Below are positions 23,551 to 36,499 of a DNA stretch of 64,000 nt, piece after piece (positions within the stretch are counted from its first letter, which is position 1; every line of letters starts with the position of its first letter). Below the pieces are notes generated by a model. The model made no database searches and was not told where the DNA came from. It saw nothing but the letters and a program-made list of their open reading frames with translations. A program made the translations under genes and the position numbers. The DNA is from Stegostoma tigrinum (lineage: Eukaryota). The stretch covers positions 5,828,001 to 5,892,000 of the forward strand of contig NC_081396.1 in NCBI RefSeq assembly GCF_030684315.1. Direction: 5' to 3'.

Positions 23551-23827
23551 AATCAGCCGATTTAATGTAACTTGGGAAAACGTGAAGTTGTTCATTTTGG
23601 CAAGCAGAAACGATAAATCAGCATTTAATTAAACAGAGAACAATGGTGGAAGACGAAAGTGCAGAGGGATTTACGCATTCTAACAAGAGTCACAATAAGT
23701 TAGTGTGTGGGTACAACACGCAATCAAGAAGGTTACTGGGATGCTATCTTTTGTTATAAGAGAAATTGAATGCAAAAGTAAGAATTTTATGCTTCACTAA
23801 TGGCACCAAAGCTCATCCACTCTGCCT

Positions 23828-24002
23828 AAGATAACAAAGTGTGAAGCAGGATGAACACAGCAGACCAAGCAGCATCTCAGGAGCACAAAAGCACCCGAAA
23901 CATCAGCTTTTGTGCTCCCGAGATGCTGCTTGGCCTGCTGTATTCATCCAGCTTCACGCTTTGTTATCTTGGATTCTCCAGCATCTGCAGTTCCCATTAT
24001 CT
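23828..24002. mobile_element. Palindromic Penelope-derived insertion
   Basis: Perfect TSD CTCATCCACTCTGCCT at 23812-23827 and 24003-24018. Inverted arms ~65 bp. Confidence 0.85.
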
Positions 24003-25607
24003 CTCATCCACTCTGCCTGTTCTTTTTCTTTGCTTCTCCCTCTTTACCACCCTTCTCTCAGCTTTGAACACCCGTCCCTGGCCTTTGACCCTCAACTCCA
24101 AAACAGGGCTGGCGGCCCAAAGTGGGGGCAGTGGCCCGATGCAGAGCCCCCTGCCCTGGTCTGCTCTAGAGAGCCTTTGATGACAGACTGTGATGTCTGT
24201 CTTTAACTTCTTGTTTTTCTGACCATTGGTTGTACTGCGTATAGCTGTAATGATTTATCTATTCTGTAACTGAGGGTTGCACCTAGGTCCCCTACTTAAG
24301 ATGGCGCTGTGATGATGACATTGTCACATAGTAAACTAATCTGGTAACTGAAAAAGCTGTACCAAGGTAACTTTGTACTTAAAATGGTGCTGTAAGCAGT
24401 GACTTATCAACTTTTCACTGTCCTCATTTGAGTACATGTGGCAATAAAGCTCATTCAATTCAAGAAAGACATTGTATCTGAAAGAGATGAATGGAAAAGA
24501 TTTCCTGGTTGGGTCCTTCTTTTCTCAATCGTGCTCAACACCAGCAAAGTGAACTGACCAGTACACAAGCAGATATCCAAAGTTCACCGAAATTTATAAA
24601 GGGTTGAACCAGACCTTTCGACCTTCATTCTAACATTGACACTTTGGACCAATGTGTTAGCCTTTGCCTTTAGTTCCATGACATGGTTGTTATTTAATCT
24701 CTCTCACCCTCCAAACCTGATCAGTGCCCCCTTTATCCAACAGCATATTCCTACCGATCTCATGCAAAAGCCCCCTGTTTCTCTGATGCTTTGACGTGTC
24801 TGCTGTAGGTTGTCTGAGTTACAAAGTACATAGGAGCACTGCTGCCCAGTAAACCGTGACCTTAGTCTCAGATTTGAGATCCTGGTCTTTAAATGCCCTT
24901 TTCCTCAATTGGATGGTCACAGTCTGGACTTGATGACAAATTTCCGTCATCTGTACATTGCTTTTGTTGAGAGGCGGCTCCCTAGGTATGAAAAATGGTC
25001 CACATGTTCCAGGATACTGCTGTTAATTGGTTGAGGAGGAGGGGTTCTGCTGTGTGAATTGGCTGGGTAAAGACTTTAAAACTTAATTCTATTTTCTTTT
25101 TGCATGATAGATGAAAGGCCTATTGTCTCTTGTGCTTCAGGAAGAACAATCAACAAATTGACCTGGGGCTCAGTTCTTCAGTGAGAAAACACACAAGCTG
25201 CGTCCGAACACCGAAGCTCCAGTCTACACCTACAAGGTTATATTCATCAAGTTACTCTCATGCAATACAAAAACATTCAAGATCCTTTGCAGGAGTCCCA
25301 GAAGGGCTTATTGAGGATGCTACACCAAGGTTCCATGCCTGCCCTCTCAGGCCACGTAAAAGATCTGCCTGTGATTTTGAAGGACAGCAGGAAAGCTCTC
25401 CCCAGTGGACAATATTTCACCTTCAACAAAACCTCACAAGAAACAGATCAGCACTGGTCATTATCACATTGCTGACTGTGGAGGCTCACGCCCACAGAAG
25501 ACATCCTGAAACTTGGAAATTAAATGCAAATACTGTTGTGTCCCAGACCAGTCACTGTGGTCAGCAGTGGGAGCATCAACAGTACTGCAGTGTCAAGATG
25601 AACGGGG

Positions 25608-26483
25608 TCAGTCCTGAATCTGACGAACAGCGGCGATAACTGCGGAGTCAGAGCACTGCAGCGATGTGTGAACTCTTCCACATACGGAGCAGGTGAATGA
25701 CCACTTCCCTGTGTGCACCCGCTGGTGCCTCAGTAGCATCGATGACTCGGCGAATCCCTTTTCACACAGCGAGCAGATGAAGGGCTTCTCCCCAGCGTGG
25801 GCTCGCTGGTGCCTCAGCAGACTGGAAGCCTGAGTGAATCGCTTCTCGCAAATGGGGCATTTGAAAGGCCTCTCACCCGTGTGAGCTCGCTGATGCCTCA
25901 GCAGGTGGGAGATCTGTGTGAATCGCTCCCCGCACTCAGAGCAGGTGAACGGCCTCTCCCCAGTGTGGACCCGCTGGTGTTTCAGCAGATCAGAGGACTG
26001 AGTGAAGCCCTTGCCACACTCGGAGCAGGTGTACGGCCTCTCCCCGGTGTGGATGCGCTGGTGCTGCAGCAGGTGGGAGATCCGAATGAACCCATTCCCG
26101 CACACGGAGCAGGTGAATGGCCTGCGCCCGCTGTGAACCTGCTGGTGGGTCAGCAGGTTGCAAGATCGGGTGAAGCCCTTCCCACAGGCAGGGCAGGTGA
26201 ATGGCCTCTCCCCAGTGTGACTGCGGCGGTGGGCTTCCAGCTCGGAGGGGTAACTGAACCCTTTCCCACAGTCCCAGCATTTGCATGGCCTCGCCCTAGT
26301 TCGGTTACACTTGTGTCTCCCCAGATCACACGACCGGCTGAATCCTCGGCCACACCCGGAACACGTGAATGGTTTTTCTGTGCTGGGGATACTACGTTTC
26401 CCTTCCACGTCACCAATGATGATCAGGTCCTGCTGAATCGGGTGACTCTCGGATTGATGTGATGTCAGGTCCGTGTTTCCCAT
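25608..26483 (-). CDS. C2H2 zinc-finger protein, 7 intact fingers plus 2 partial
   Basis: 291-aa ORF with TGERPF linkers. Acceptor ttattcccag, exon starting at 26498. Confidence 0.85.
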   Translation of the reverse strand: MGNTDLTSHQSESHPIQQDLIIIGDVEGKRSIPSTEKPFTCSGCGRGFSRSCDLGRHKCNRTRARPCKCWDCGKGFSYPSELEAHRRSHTGERPFTCPACGKGFTRSCNLLTHQQVHSGRRPFTCSVCGNGFIRISHLLQHQRIHTGERPYTCSECGKGFTQSSDLLKHQRVHTGERPFTCSECGERFTQISHLLRHQRAHTGERPFKCPICEKRFTQASSLLRHQRAHAGEKPFICSLCEKGFAESSMLLRHQRVHTGKWSFTCSVCGRVHTSLQCSDSAVIAAVRQIQD

Positions 26484-26709
26484 CTGCGAATCCTCTCCCT
26501 GGGAATAAAAACAGGTTCATCTCAATCATTCATGTAATAAAACTGCAGGAGGAATTCAGAACAGAATTTCTGCCTCTACATTCTAATGGTTACTCTAGAA
26601 CCTGCTCACTCTGGTGAAATCAGTCTCTCTTGTGATTTCTCTGTCCTTTTAAATGATAACAGCAGACGGAAACAGTGTTCCTTCAAATATACAGGTTCTG
26701 CACAGAGGG

Positions 26710-27235
26710 ATGTACAGCATGGAAACAGACCCTTCAATCCAACTTGTCCATGCCAACCAGATATTCTGAATTAATCTTGTCCCATTTGCCAGCATTTAGC
26801 CTATGTCTCTCTAAACCGTTCCCATTCATGTCCCCATCTAGCTGCCTTTTTAAATGTTGTAATTGTACCAGCCTCCACCACTTCCTCTGGCAGCTAATTC
26901 CATGCACGCATCATGGTCTGCATGGAAAAGTTGCTCCTTAAGTCCCTTTTAAATCTTTCCACTCTCACATTAAACATATGTTCTCTAGTTTCAGACTCCC
27001 CCACCCCAGGGAAAAAGACCTTGGCCAATCACCCTATCCACACCCTTCATGATTTTATAAACCTCTATAAGGTCACTCCTCAGCCTCCAATGCTCCAGGC
27101 GCAAAAAGCCCCAGCCTACTCAGCCTCTCCCTACAGCTCAAACACTCCAAACCCGGCAACACCCTTGTAAATCTTTTCTGAACCCATTCAAGTTTCAGAA
27201 CATTCTTTCAGACAGCAGGGGGACCAGAACTGAGC
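26710..27235 (-). mobile_element. CR1 3' fragment
   Basis: Reverse of aggctgaggagtgaccttatagaggtttataaaatcatg and the CR1 tail. Confidence 0.8.
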
Positions 27236-27441
27236 AATCCATCATGATCTGTCAATAACCTCATCCCAGACTTGGCCTGCAGCTCGCAACGGTAGCTGTG
27301 CTCAAGTGTTGCTGAGCGAACGGCATGGAATCTGCCAGGAAAGGCAGTGAGTGACAGGCTGGATTACTGACCGGAAGTGAATTTCCCAAACTGTGGGGCA
27401 GCAGGGAGCGGTGAATCTAACCAAGGCCAACATCGGTAATG

Positions 27442-27618
27442 AAAACTGAAAGAACTGTGAATGCTGTAATTCGAAACAAAAACAGAAACTGCCTGAAAAG
27501 CACAGCAGGTCTGGCAGCATCTGTGGAGAGAAATCAGAGTTAACATTTCAGGTCTGAATAGAGGAATGGTCACTCAACCCGAAATGCTAACTCTGATTTC
27601 GCTCCACAGATGCTGCCT
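27442..27618. mobile_element. Palindromic Penelope-derived insertion (family B)
   Basis: ggcagcatctgtggag..cagagtta is inverted against taactctg..ctccacagatgctgcc. TSD AACATC(G/C)GTAATG at 27429-27441 and 27619-27631. Confidence 0.75.
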
Positions 27619-27754
27619 AACATCCGTAATGTTTGACTTTTTAATTTATTTCTTCATAATCTACTTTCATACCAAGAAGAAACTGTAATACTGAAATTTT
27701 TTCAACTTATTTATTTTTCTATTTCTGCACCAAAGATTTTGCACCCATACCTTT

Positions 27755-28095
27755 GGGGCAGCAAGGTGGTTCAGTGGTTAGCACTGCTGCCTCACTGTGC
27801 CAGGGACCCGGGTTCAATTCCAACCTCAGGCAACCGTCTGTGTGGAGTTTACACATTCTCCCGTGGCTACATGGGTTTCCTCTGGGTGTTCTGGTTTTTT
27901 TCTCACAGTCCAAAAATGTGCAGGGTAGGTCGATTGGCTATGCTAAATTGCCCATAGTGCCAGGGATGTTTAGCTTAGGTGGTTTAGACATCAGAAATGC
28001 AGGGGTAGGGCAATGGGTCTGGGCAGGATGCTCCTCAAAGGGGTGGTGTGGACTTGTTGGGCTGAATGGTCTGTTTCCACACTAGAGGGATTCTA
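27755..28095 (+). mobile_element. HE1-like V-SINE
   Basis: A and B boxes, V-domain, tail tttccacactagagggattcta. Confidence 0.85.
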
Positions 28096-28286
28096 CCTAA
28101 GATGGCGCTGGGAATGGTGACATTGTACACTTTTCACTGTATTCTTGTACCCCATACTTGTGTACATGTGACAATAAACCTAAACCAAATCTTTAACAAC
28201 CTCTTGACTTCTGGCCTTCTATCCCCTTTACCTCCCAAGTCTAGGTCTCCTGAACATCTCAGCCTTGGCTAATTTAAAGATCTCAG

Positions 28287-28924
28287 TGTTATGGACCAGA
28301 TTAAACCCCCTAAAAACATTTTAAAAAGGTAACCTGGACCCTAATTTTTTTTACTTTAAAAGTAAACGTGAAGTAGCATTCCAGGTGCAATTTGACTGGT
28401 TAAAGTAGTCGACGTTAAGCAAAACGCAATTCATTTAAATATAGTCATTAAAATGCAAACAAAAGAAAGAAGAACATAGAATAACCTAACTCTATTAGAA
28501 ACCTTAACAGAATAGTAGATACAGTAACTATTACTAATTAACTGTTCCAATATAGTAACAGTCCCTAAGCACACTCCTTGGCAAAAAAGAAACTTCAGAC
28601 ACAGATTCTCACATGCAGTTCTCCAACACAGAAGGGAAAAAACATCACAAGAAAATTCAGAGAGAGTAGTAGCCAGGAGACATATACTGAAGCATCCAAC
28701 TCTGCCAAGAGCCCAACAACTTCTGATCCTACTGAGGAACCAAAACCTGGAAATCCCGATCTGAGAGAGCTGGCCACACCTACTCAGCCTGTTAAACAAA
28801 AACTCAAGGCCTCCCAACCTGTTTACTCAAGTGGTTTTGGTAAACTGCTCGGCGCCTCTTCCTCACAACCTCTTTCAAAAATAACCAGGACAAAATAACC
28901 TCTTAAAGCCACAGCATCATCACA
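28287..28924. mobile_element. Solo LTR (638 bp)
   Basis: Begins TGTTATG and ends CATCACA (imperfect inverted termini, TG..CA). Flanked by 5-bp TSD CTCAG at 28282-28286 and 28925-28929. Confidence 0.7.
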
Positions 28925-31529
28925 CTCAGCCATGTGCCCTTGTGTGCTTTCTCAAAGTAAATTTGCAATTTTTCGAAAAAATTTGTGCGTCTTCCCAACA
29001 CTACTGGCACCGCTTTATTATTTATGACTCTAGACAAATGGAAACCTGTTACTGGTTGCAATGACAATTCCTGAAGTCAGAAAGCCTCCCTGGAGCCAAT
29101 CAGTTTTAGTCCATTCTAATAACTATCGATAGATTGTTGTATCTAAACAAGGTGTCCTGGAACAGGGGGTACTCTGACCATAACTTGACTTTTTTCTTAA
29201 AGCCCCTCATTGTATCTTCTTGAGGTGAACTGGTAGTGTCCCTACCCTTGGACTGGGAGGCCTGGGTTCAAGTCCCACCTGCTCCAAAGGCATGTAATAA
29301 TATCGCTGAAATATTTAATCAGAAAAATACATTACTGTTTTTTGAAGACACATTCAATTGTAAGTTGTTCACACAGTAAACTGCCAGACCAGCCAGTTAA
29401 TCACTGAACAGAAGTATACACTGGTGAGGTAAATTCTAACATGAGTTTGTACTCAAGAGGAAAGATTGGATCTACATTCTCTAGAGTATCGAGGAATGAG
29501 AGGTGATCATTTTGAAGCTTACAAAATCTTTAAAGTGCTCAATGAGGTAGGTACAGGGTATTTCCCTTAGCTAGCAAGTCTGGAACTAGGGGACACAGTT
29601 TCAGAATAAGGCAGGGGTGCCAAGCAAATCATTTAGGACTGAGATGAAGAGAACTTCTTCACCCAGAGGCTGGTGAATATTTGGTCTTCTCTACCCAACA
29701 ACAGATTAATCAATTTCTAGACATTAAAGATCAAGCGATGGGGGACAGTGCAGGAAAATGGCATCAAGATAAAACAGCCATCATGGTCTTGTTGAATGGA
29801 TATGCAAATTTGAGAGATCAAATGTGCTATTCCTGCTTCTACTTCTTAGGTTCTGTGCACAGGTAAGTAACAAAGGTATCGCTGTGGCTCGAGATGGTGG
29901 CATACTGGTAGAGGTAGTGCAGTAGTAATCCAACAGTCCAGGCTAATGCTTTAGGGACACAGTTTGAATCTTAGCAGAGCAGCACGTGGACTTTAAATTC
30001 AGTTTATAAGTCTGCAGTCCATCTGGGTTCACTAAGGCCCTTGAGGGAAGGAACCTGGCCTCCTTAACCAAACCTGGCTGATATAGGACTCTACCTTTTC
30101 AAACAAAAGGCGTAAACAGAAGAAAACCAAGACCTCCCGAATCTGCCTCCAACAGATATTCTCAGGACAGCACCAGGTGATACAGAGAAAAGTCCACTCT
30201 ACTCTTTCAAATGGGAAAATAAAGCTTCCTAGACTTAATTAAAAGGAAAATTAAGACCCTATTACACTGGAGAGAAACAAAAATAAGTAAATTAACAAAC
30301 AAAAAATGGCTGTCTCTTTCATTTTTCCCTACCACCTCTTTTGGGCAGGAACCAGAGGGAGCCAAAATAAAAATAAACTCCAGCAAAACCAATGGAAAGA
30401 AACAAACAAATAAAATAAATAAATAAATCCTTTCTGCTCTGTCCCCACCAAATGCTCCCAGGACAGGGACAACAATAGTTTAAAATCCAGAGGGAAATTC
30501 CCCTGTTCATTTCAACTAAAAATAAGATTCCCATCACACTGATCCCCATCTAGGACAGGGGTAGTGCAAGGCTAAAACAGAAGTACCTTAGCTCTTCCAA
30601 AGAGTGCAAAATCAGAACAAAGTAAAAATAAACCACCCCTCTTCTTAGGGAACCAAACTGAAAATGAATGTAGACTTATCCTGCAGAGACAATTAACCAA
30701 ATCAGAATATCATTATCCAGGCTGATAATGCACTTCAGTGCCCTCGGCTCCCAGTGGTCTCGAAAGGCCTCAACCACGCCAGTGGCCTCTGCGTGCTCGC
30801 TCTCCAGGGACAGCCAAGCATGGACGCAACCAGCAGCCAGGTCTGGGAGCGAAGACGCGTAGACATGTCCGCCCTTCCCGCTCTGGTTACCAGTAGATGA
30901 GCAGTGTAGGACATGTGATTCTCGACCCACAGTAATGCGGTTGCCTCTTAACTGCCCTCTGAAATGGCCCAGCAAGTCAAACATTGCCCGTGACACCACA
31001 CTCCACAATTTAAAAAATGCAATTGTCAACAATTATTCAGCGCTTCAAAATTGGAGATGTTAATGAATGGGGCCTTTCAGACAATGGACTGCAGAGCTGG
31101 TGACAGAGATCAATTCAGGATTGAAGTCAACGTTCACAATTTTGTTGCAAATTCTGACAAGAGTTCCTGAACTACGGTGTCTGATCACAGACAAGAGCTG
31201 CAAAAGCGACACTGCAGCTCCGGGATCACAATCTTTTCACAGGATGTGGGTATCCCCACTGAAGAGACTTGTCAGCCATTTCGGAAATCAGGTTATAAGT
31301 CAACCACATCACTGATGGTCCAGAGTCACATATATCAGAGAATGAGAATTGCAGATTTGCTTCCCTAAAGGCATTAGCGAATCAGGTGGATTTCTACAAC
31401 AGTTTGTTGAAGTTTCGTTGCTAAGATTAGTCTTCAATTCCAGATGTTATTTCAATTAATTGAAGTTGAGCTAGTGACCCCAGAGTTTAGCCTGGTCTGT
31501 GAATTTCTAGTCCATCTGATATTACCGTG

Positions 31530-31840
31530 GGGGAGGTGATGGCCTAGTGGCTCCATCACTGGACTGTTAATCCAGAGACCCAGATAACATTCTGGGAATC
31601 CAGGTTCGAATGCCACCACAGCAGATGATGGAACTTGAATTCAATAAATATCTAGAATTGAGAATCTAATGAAGACCATGAATCCGTATCAGGAAAACCC
31701 ATCTGCTTCACTAAACTGCCATCCTTACCTGATCTGGCCTGCATGTGACTTCAGAACCACAGAAATATGGTTGACTCTTAACTGCCCTTTGGGCAATAAA
31801 TGCTGCCTCACCAGCAATTGCCTCATCCCTGAATGAATAA
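31530..31840 (+). mobile_element. SacSINE/Deu-SINE-like tRNA-derived SINE
   Basis: A box tggcctagtgg, B box ggttcgaatgcc, core ctgccatccttacc..tgtgact, tail gggcaataaatgctg..tgaatgaataa. Confidence 0.75.
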
Positions 31841-31879
31841 GAAAGATGCCCTCTGTGCATATTAAACACCAGGCCAGTT

Positions 31880-32150
31880 ACAGGAATTATTAACATTCAG
31901 GCAGGAATGAGGAATTGCCAGAATGAACATGGATTACTCATGTATCTGAGTTAACTGCGACAAGAACAATGAAATCAAACCACTGACATTGCATGATGCT
32001 ACTGACTTCACATTGCATTAAATGCATTACTGAAGCCTTCCCCACAAACACAGGAGTTAAACAGCCAGTCCCCAGTGGATTCACTGCTGTAAAATGAGGC
32101 TCCTAAGGGCTTGGCCTCAGTCCTGCAGCGAGAGCACCTGAAGCACCTTA
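31880..32150 (-). pseudogene. Heavily decayed ZNF finger and 3' trailer remnant
   Basis: gaagccttccccaca..ccccagtggattcactg..gagagcacctga resembles the decayed fingers at 19550-19640. Confidence 0.35.
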
Positions 32151-33914
32151 TCTCAACGTAAACATGCTAATAGTCCTGTATACAATACAATTCAATACAG
32201 CACAGGAACAGACCCTTCAGCCCATCAAGCCTACGCCAATTCCTAGTCCTTATTTAGACCCGCGACTTATGGCCCATGCACGGTTTCTGTCTCTCTATTA
32301 GCCTCCCATTCATATGTCTATCAAAATGCGCCTTAATCCTTGCTAACATGCCTGTTTCTACCACCTCCATTGGCAGTGCATCCCAAGCACCACCACCCAC
32401 ATTTTCCCTGCACTTCTCCCCTAAAATTTCCCCCTCTCACCTTAACCTGCACCCTCTTGTAGTTGACCTTTCCACCCTGGGAAAAAGCCGGTAGCTATCC
32501 ACCTTATTCATGCCTCTCTTAATCTTGTTGACCTCTACCAGGTTGCCTCTATTTTCTTGGTGATATGTTCTGGTTGTATCCACCAGAGCCATCTGTGATG
32601 CCATGGGTAGATATATCACTACCAATTCTTCTTGGAATTGGCCTAAGTTTCTGATACAGCTGGTAAAGAATGCCCACACAAAGTCTTCAGCAGGAGACAG
32701 ACTCGGTCTGAATGAGGAGAGTTTGTTTATTACATAGTACTTAATGGCTAGTTACAATAGTGGAGATACATGACAGTCCTTTATGAGGCTTTGGGATATA
32801 TGCAAAAGTGAGTACACATTACTGCTATTTTAAGGATCTGCTTAAAACAATTAACAAGCCAAACAATGTAATAACTCACTATCTAGCTCCTCCTGGGAAG
32901 AGCTGGTGGGTGGAACTTATTAAATGCTGTCAGTTAACACTTTCTGGCTCTGATTGTTGATACAACATCTCCCCAAAAATTATTTTCTGGGGTATTACAC
33001 TATTTTTAAAACTGTTACAAGTAAGTAAAATCGGCTTATCACTGCCCATACACCGTCCCAACCCCCACTTTCTAACTGGTCAATGACTTGGGCGAGTTGC
33101 CCATTTAAAGATAGGGATGAGGAGGAACTTTGTTTTCTCAATCAGAGGGTAGTGAATCTGTGGCATTCTTTACTGCAGAGGGCAATAGAGGCTAGGTCAT
33201 TAAGGATGAGGTATTTTTAATCAGTGAGGGAATCAAGGGTTATGGGTCAACGGCAGGAAAGTGGGAGTTAAGGATCATCAGATCAGCCACGATCTCATCA
33301 AATGGTGAAGCTGTCACATTAGGCTGAAAGGCCTACTTCCGTTCCTACATTTTACAGTGTTATAGTCACTGCTTATCGACCAAACATTCAGGTAGAGGTA
33401 CACTGGGACTTTGACGTTCTCTGGCATCGATGCTGCTGTTGAATATTTGTCACTGTCGGAGGATCTGTAGTCTCCCCAATTTATAACAGAAACGAGAGTT
33501 GTTTCTGAAAAATGTGATCTTTTTACTGTTATAACAAGATATACTTGCATGTGATTCTTCCATTCTTTTGGATGACAACAGTCATTTTATCGGGTTTGAT
33601 CATTTCACTTTGAACAGCTGGATTGACTATATCGAGGCCACCATAAGCTCCTGGTCCTTATGGTGTCAAGTACGTCTGATGAACAGATTCTGAAGATGTG
33701 TGCGCAGTTGGAAGAAAACTGAAACATTCCACAAACCTATGAAATCTCTTGTTTCTGCTGAACTCTCAGTCATAAAGGAGTGATGGACACCAACGAGGTT
33801 AATACACAGCAGTGCATATTTCCTCTTCATTTCAGCGGACATTCTTCTGAAACCTATGAAGTCTTCCTTTTGTTGAGTAAAGTCACGCTGATCATTGTTT
33901 TTTGGCTTCTTTTT

Positions 33915-34275
33915 TAAAATTCAGTCATGCAAATTAAATAATCGCATCACTGGCTGGGCGAGCATTTATTGACCATCCCTAACTGCCCAGAGAGTACTCA
34001 AGAGTCAACCACATTGCTGTCGGTCTGGAATCACATGTAGACAAAATTAGGTAAGGATGGCAGTTTCCTTCCCTAAAAGACAGACCAAACCCGGATGCGT
34101 TTTTCAGACAATTGGCAATGAAGTCATTGTCATCATTAGATTCCTAACTCCAGATATTTATTAAATTCAAATTCTACCATCCGCCATGCTAGGATTCAAA
34201 CCTGAGCACCAAAAGACCATCCGGGTCTCTGGATTAACAGTCCAGTCACAATACTACTCGACCGTCGCCTCCCTT
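33915..34275 (-). mobile_element. SacSINE/Deu-SINE-like SINE
   Basis: Reverse copy of the 31530 family. Confidence 0.75.
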
Positions 34276-34559
34276 AAGCTGATTAAGCTTCTCTAACATA
34301 TTGACGAATATTAAGAGTGAAGCAGGCATTTTTGCTCAGAAGTTAGAAGGTTTGGTTTCTGATCATGCACATTTCTTCTACATAGCATTCATCCCTGTAT
34401 TTTAAGACTACGCTCAGTATTCCTTCAGCTTAAAGTGGTATGCTATAGGGTTGTCAGATGGTTGTAATTTCATTCTTTTTAATCATGTTTACATTTCAAA
34501 TGGAACAGTAATACTTGCCATCCCCCACCACATCAAGTTTGAAATTGTGGAAACAGAGA

Positions 34560-36440
34560 GGATAGAAGCAGGAGTAGGCCTGCAACACATCAAGCCTGCT
34601 AAGCCATTCATTATGATCACTGCTGATCATTGAATTCTATAACTCAATCTCACCATCACTCGTATCCTTTGTTCCCTTTAGCCACAAGAGCTAGATCTAC
34701 CTCCTTCTTGAAAGCACAACATTTTGACTTCAACCAATTTCCATGATAGTGAATTCCACTGGCTCACCACTCTCTGGGTGAAGAAATGTCTCCTCAAAGA
34801 GTCATTAGAGTCAAACAGACCTTTCGGTCCAACTTGTCCATGCTGACCAGATATCCTAAACTGATCTAGTCTCACTTGCCAGTATTTTGCCTATTTGTCT
34901 CTAATCCCTTCCTATTTATCCTTACTCCCTAAACTATGACTCCCAGTTCTGGATACCCCCAGCATCAGGAACATTTTTCCTGCATCTATCCTGTTTGGCC
35001 CAATTACAATTTTATGGGTTGCTACGAGATCTCCCCCATCATTCTTTTAAACTTCACTGAATACAATCCTAATTGACTCAATCTCTCCTCATAAGTCTGT
35101 CCTGCCATCACAGGAATCAATTTCGCTGTACTTCTTCTGTAGCAAAAACATCCTTCCTCAAATAAGGAAACCAAAAGCTACACACAAAATTCTAGGTGTG
35201 GCTTCATCAATGACCTATATAACTGCAGAACTCCTTTAACGTGTATTTGAATCCTCTTGCCATGAAGGTCAACATACAGACTGCCTTCTTTACTGCCTGC
35301 TGTATCCGTGACCCCAGGTTCAATTCCAGCCTCGGGTAACTGTCTATGCGGAGTTTGCACATTCTCCCCGTGTCTGCATGGGTTTCCTTCGGGTGCTCCG
35401 GTTTCCTCCCACAGTCCAAAGATGATGTGCAGGCTAGGTGAATCAGCCATGCTAAATTGCCCGTAGTGGTCAGGGGCATGTGGGTTATAGGGGGACGGGG
35501 TGGGTTATATCCGGGTGGGATGCTCCAAGGGGCGGTGTGGACTTGTTGGGCCAAAGGGCCTGTTTCCACACTGTAGGGAATCTAATCTAATCTTACCTTT
35601 AACGAGTGGTGCACCAGGACACCAGGGTCTTGTTGAAAATTCCCCTCTCAATTCACAGCCATTCATGTAATAATCTACCTTCCTATTTTTTGCCACCAAA
35701 GTGGATAACCTTGCATTTATAGACATAATACTGTATTTGCTCACAATCACAAGCAACATCTCTGCTCGCTGCTCATCCTTCCACCCATTAATTTGACATC
35801 TGCAAATTTTGAGATATTACATTTTATCTAAATCACAAACATATATTGTGAATAACCAAGGTCCTTGGACTGATCCCCTGCAGTACCTCACTGCCTGCCA
35901 CTCAGAAAAGGGCTCATTTATTCCAACTCTTCATTTCCTGTCTGCTACGAACTGGTGCAATCTCAATACACTATTCCCCCATCCCAATGCACTTTAATTT
36001 TACATATTATTCTCTATTGTGGAACTTTGTTGAATGCCTTCTGAAAGTCCAAATAAACGATGCCCGCTTATTCCCCCAATCAGCTCTACAAATTACATCC
36101 TCGAAGAATTCCAGTAGGTTTGTCGAGCACGATTTCCCTTTTGTAAATCCATCCTGACTGTTCAATTCTGCCACTGTTTTCTAAATGCTCTGCTGTAAAA
36201 TCCTTGATAATGGAGTTTAGCATCTTCCCCACTACCAATGTCAGACTCACTAGTCTTTAATTCCCTGTTTTCTCTCTACCTCTCTTTTTAAATAGTGGAG
36301 TTATATTAGCTACTCTCAAATCTGAATGAAGAATTATAAAGTCTAAAGAGTCTTGGAAGATGACCACCAATGCATCCACTGTATTTCATGCCATTTTTCT
36401 TCAGTACGCTGGGATGACAATTATCAGACCGTGGGGATTG
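34560..36440 (-). mobile_element. CR1 fragment(s) interrupted by a plus-strand HE1-like SINE (~35307-35592, TCTAA tail)
   Basis: ORF 35178-35450 VLQLYRSLMKPHLEFCV. RT remnant tttggactttcagaaggcattcaacaaagttcc (LDFQKAFNKVP) on the minus strand near 36020-36055. Confidence 0.8.
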
Positions 36441-36499
36441 GATGGCCTGTATGATCTCTGTCATATCTGGTGCAATTGAGTCACCCCCAGGAAAGGTTC

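Noticed and set aside
23828-24002. Palindromes interpreted as DNA-transposon MITEs
   Set aside because: The arms match the 3' terminus of the GIY-YIG retroelement at 2.9-4.3 kb, and the TSDs are long and variable, which fits retrotransposition.
25130-25639. 169-aa plus-strand ORF next to a ZNF 3' end
   Set aside because: Non-ATG start and no recognisable domain. Probably decayed repeat or UTR sequence.
32572-32967. LTR-like segment with gttgtatc...gatacaac inverted ends
   Set aside because: The left end lacks a clean TG and the TSD is unconvincing. Left uncalled.
33676-33726. Isolated CTGATGA with a downstream GAAA
   Set aside because: No stem II or stem I complementarity and no Penelope context. 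Likely chance.
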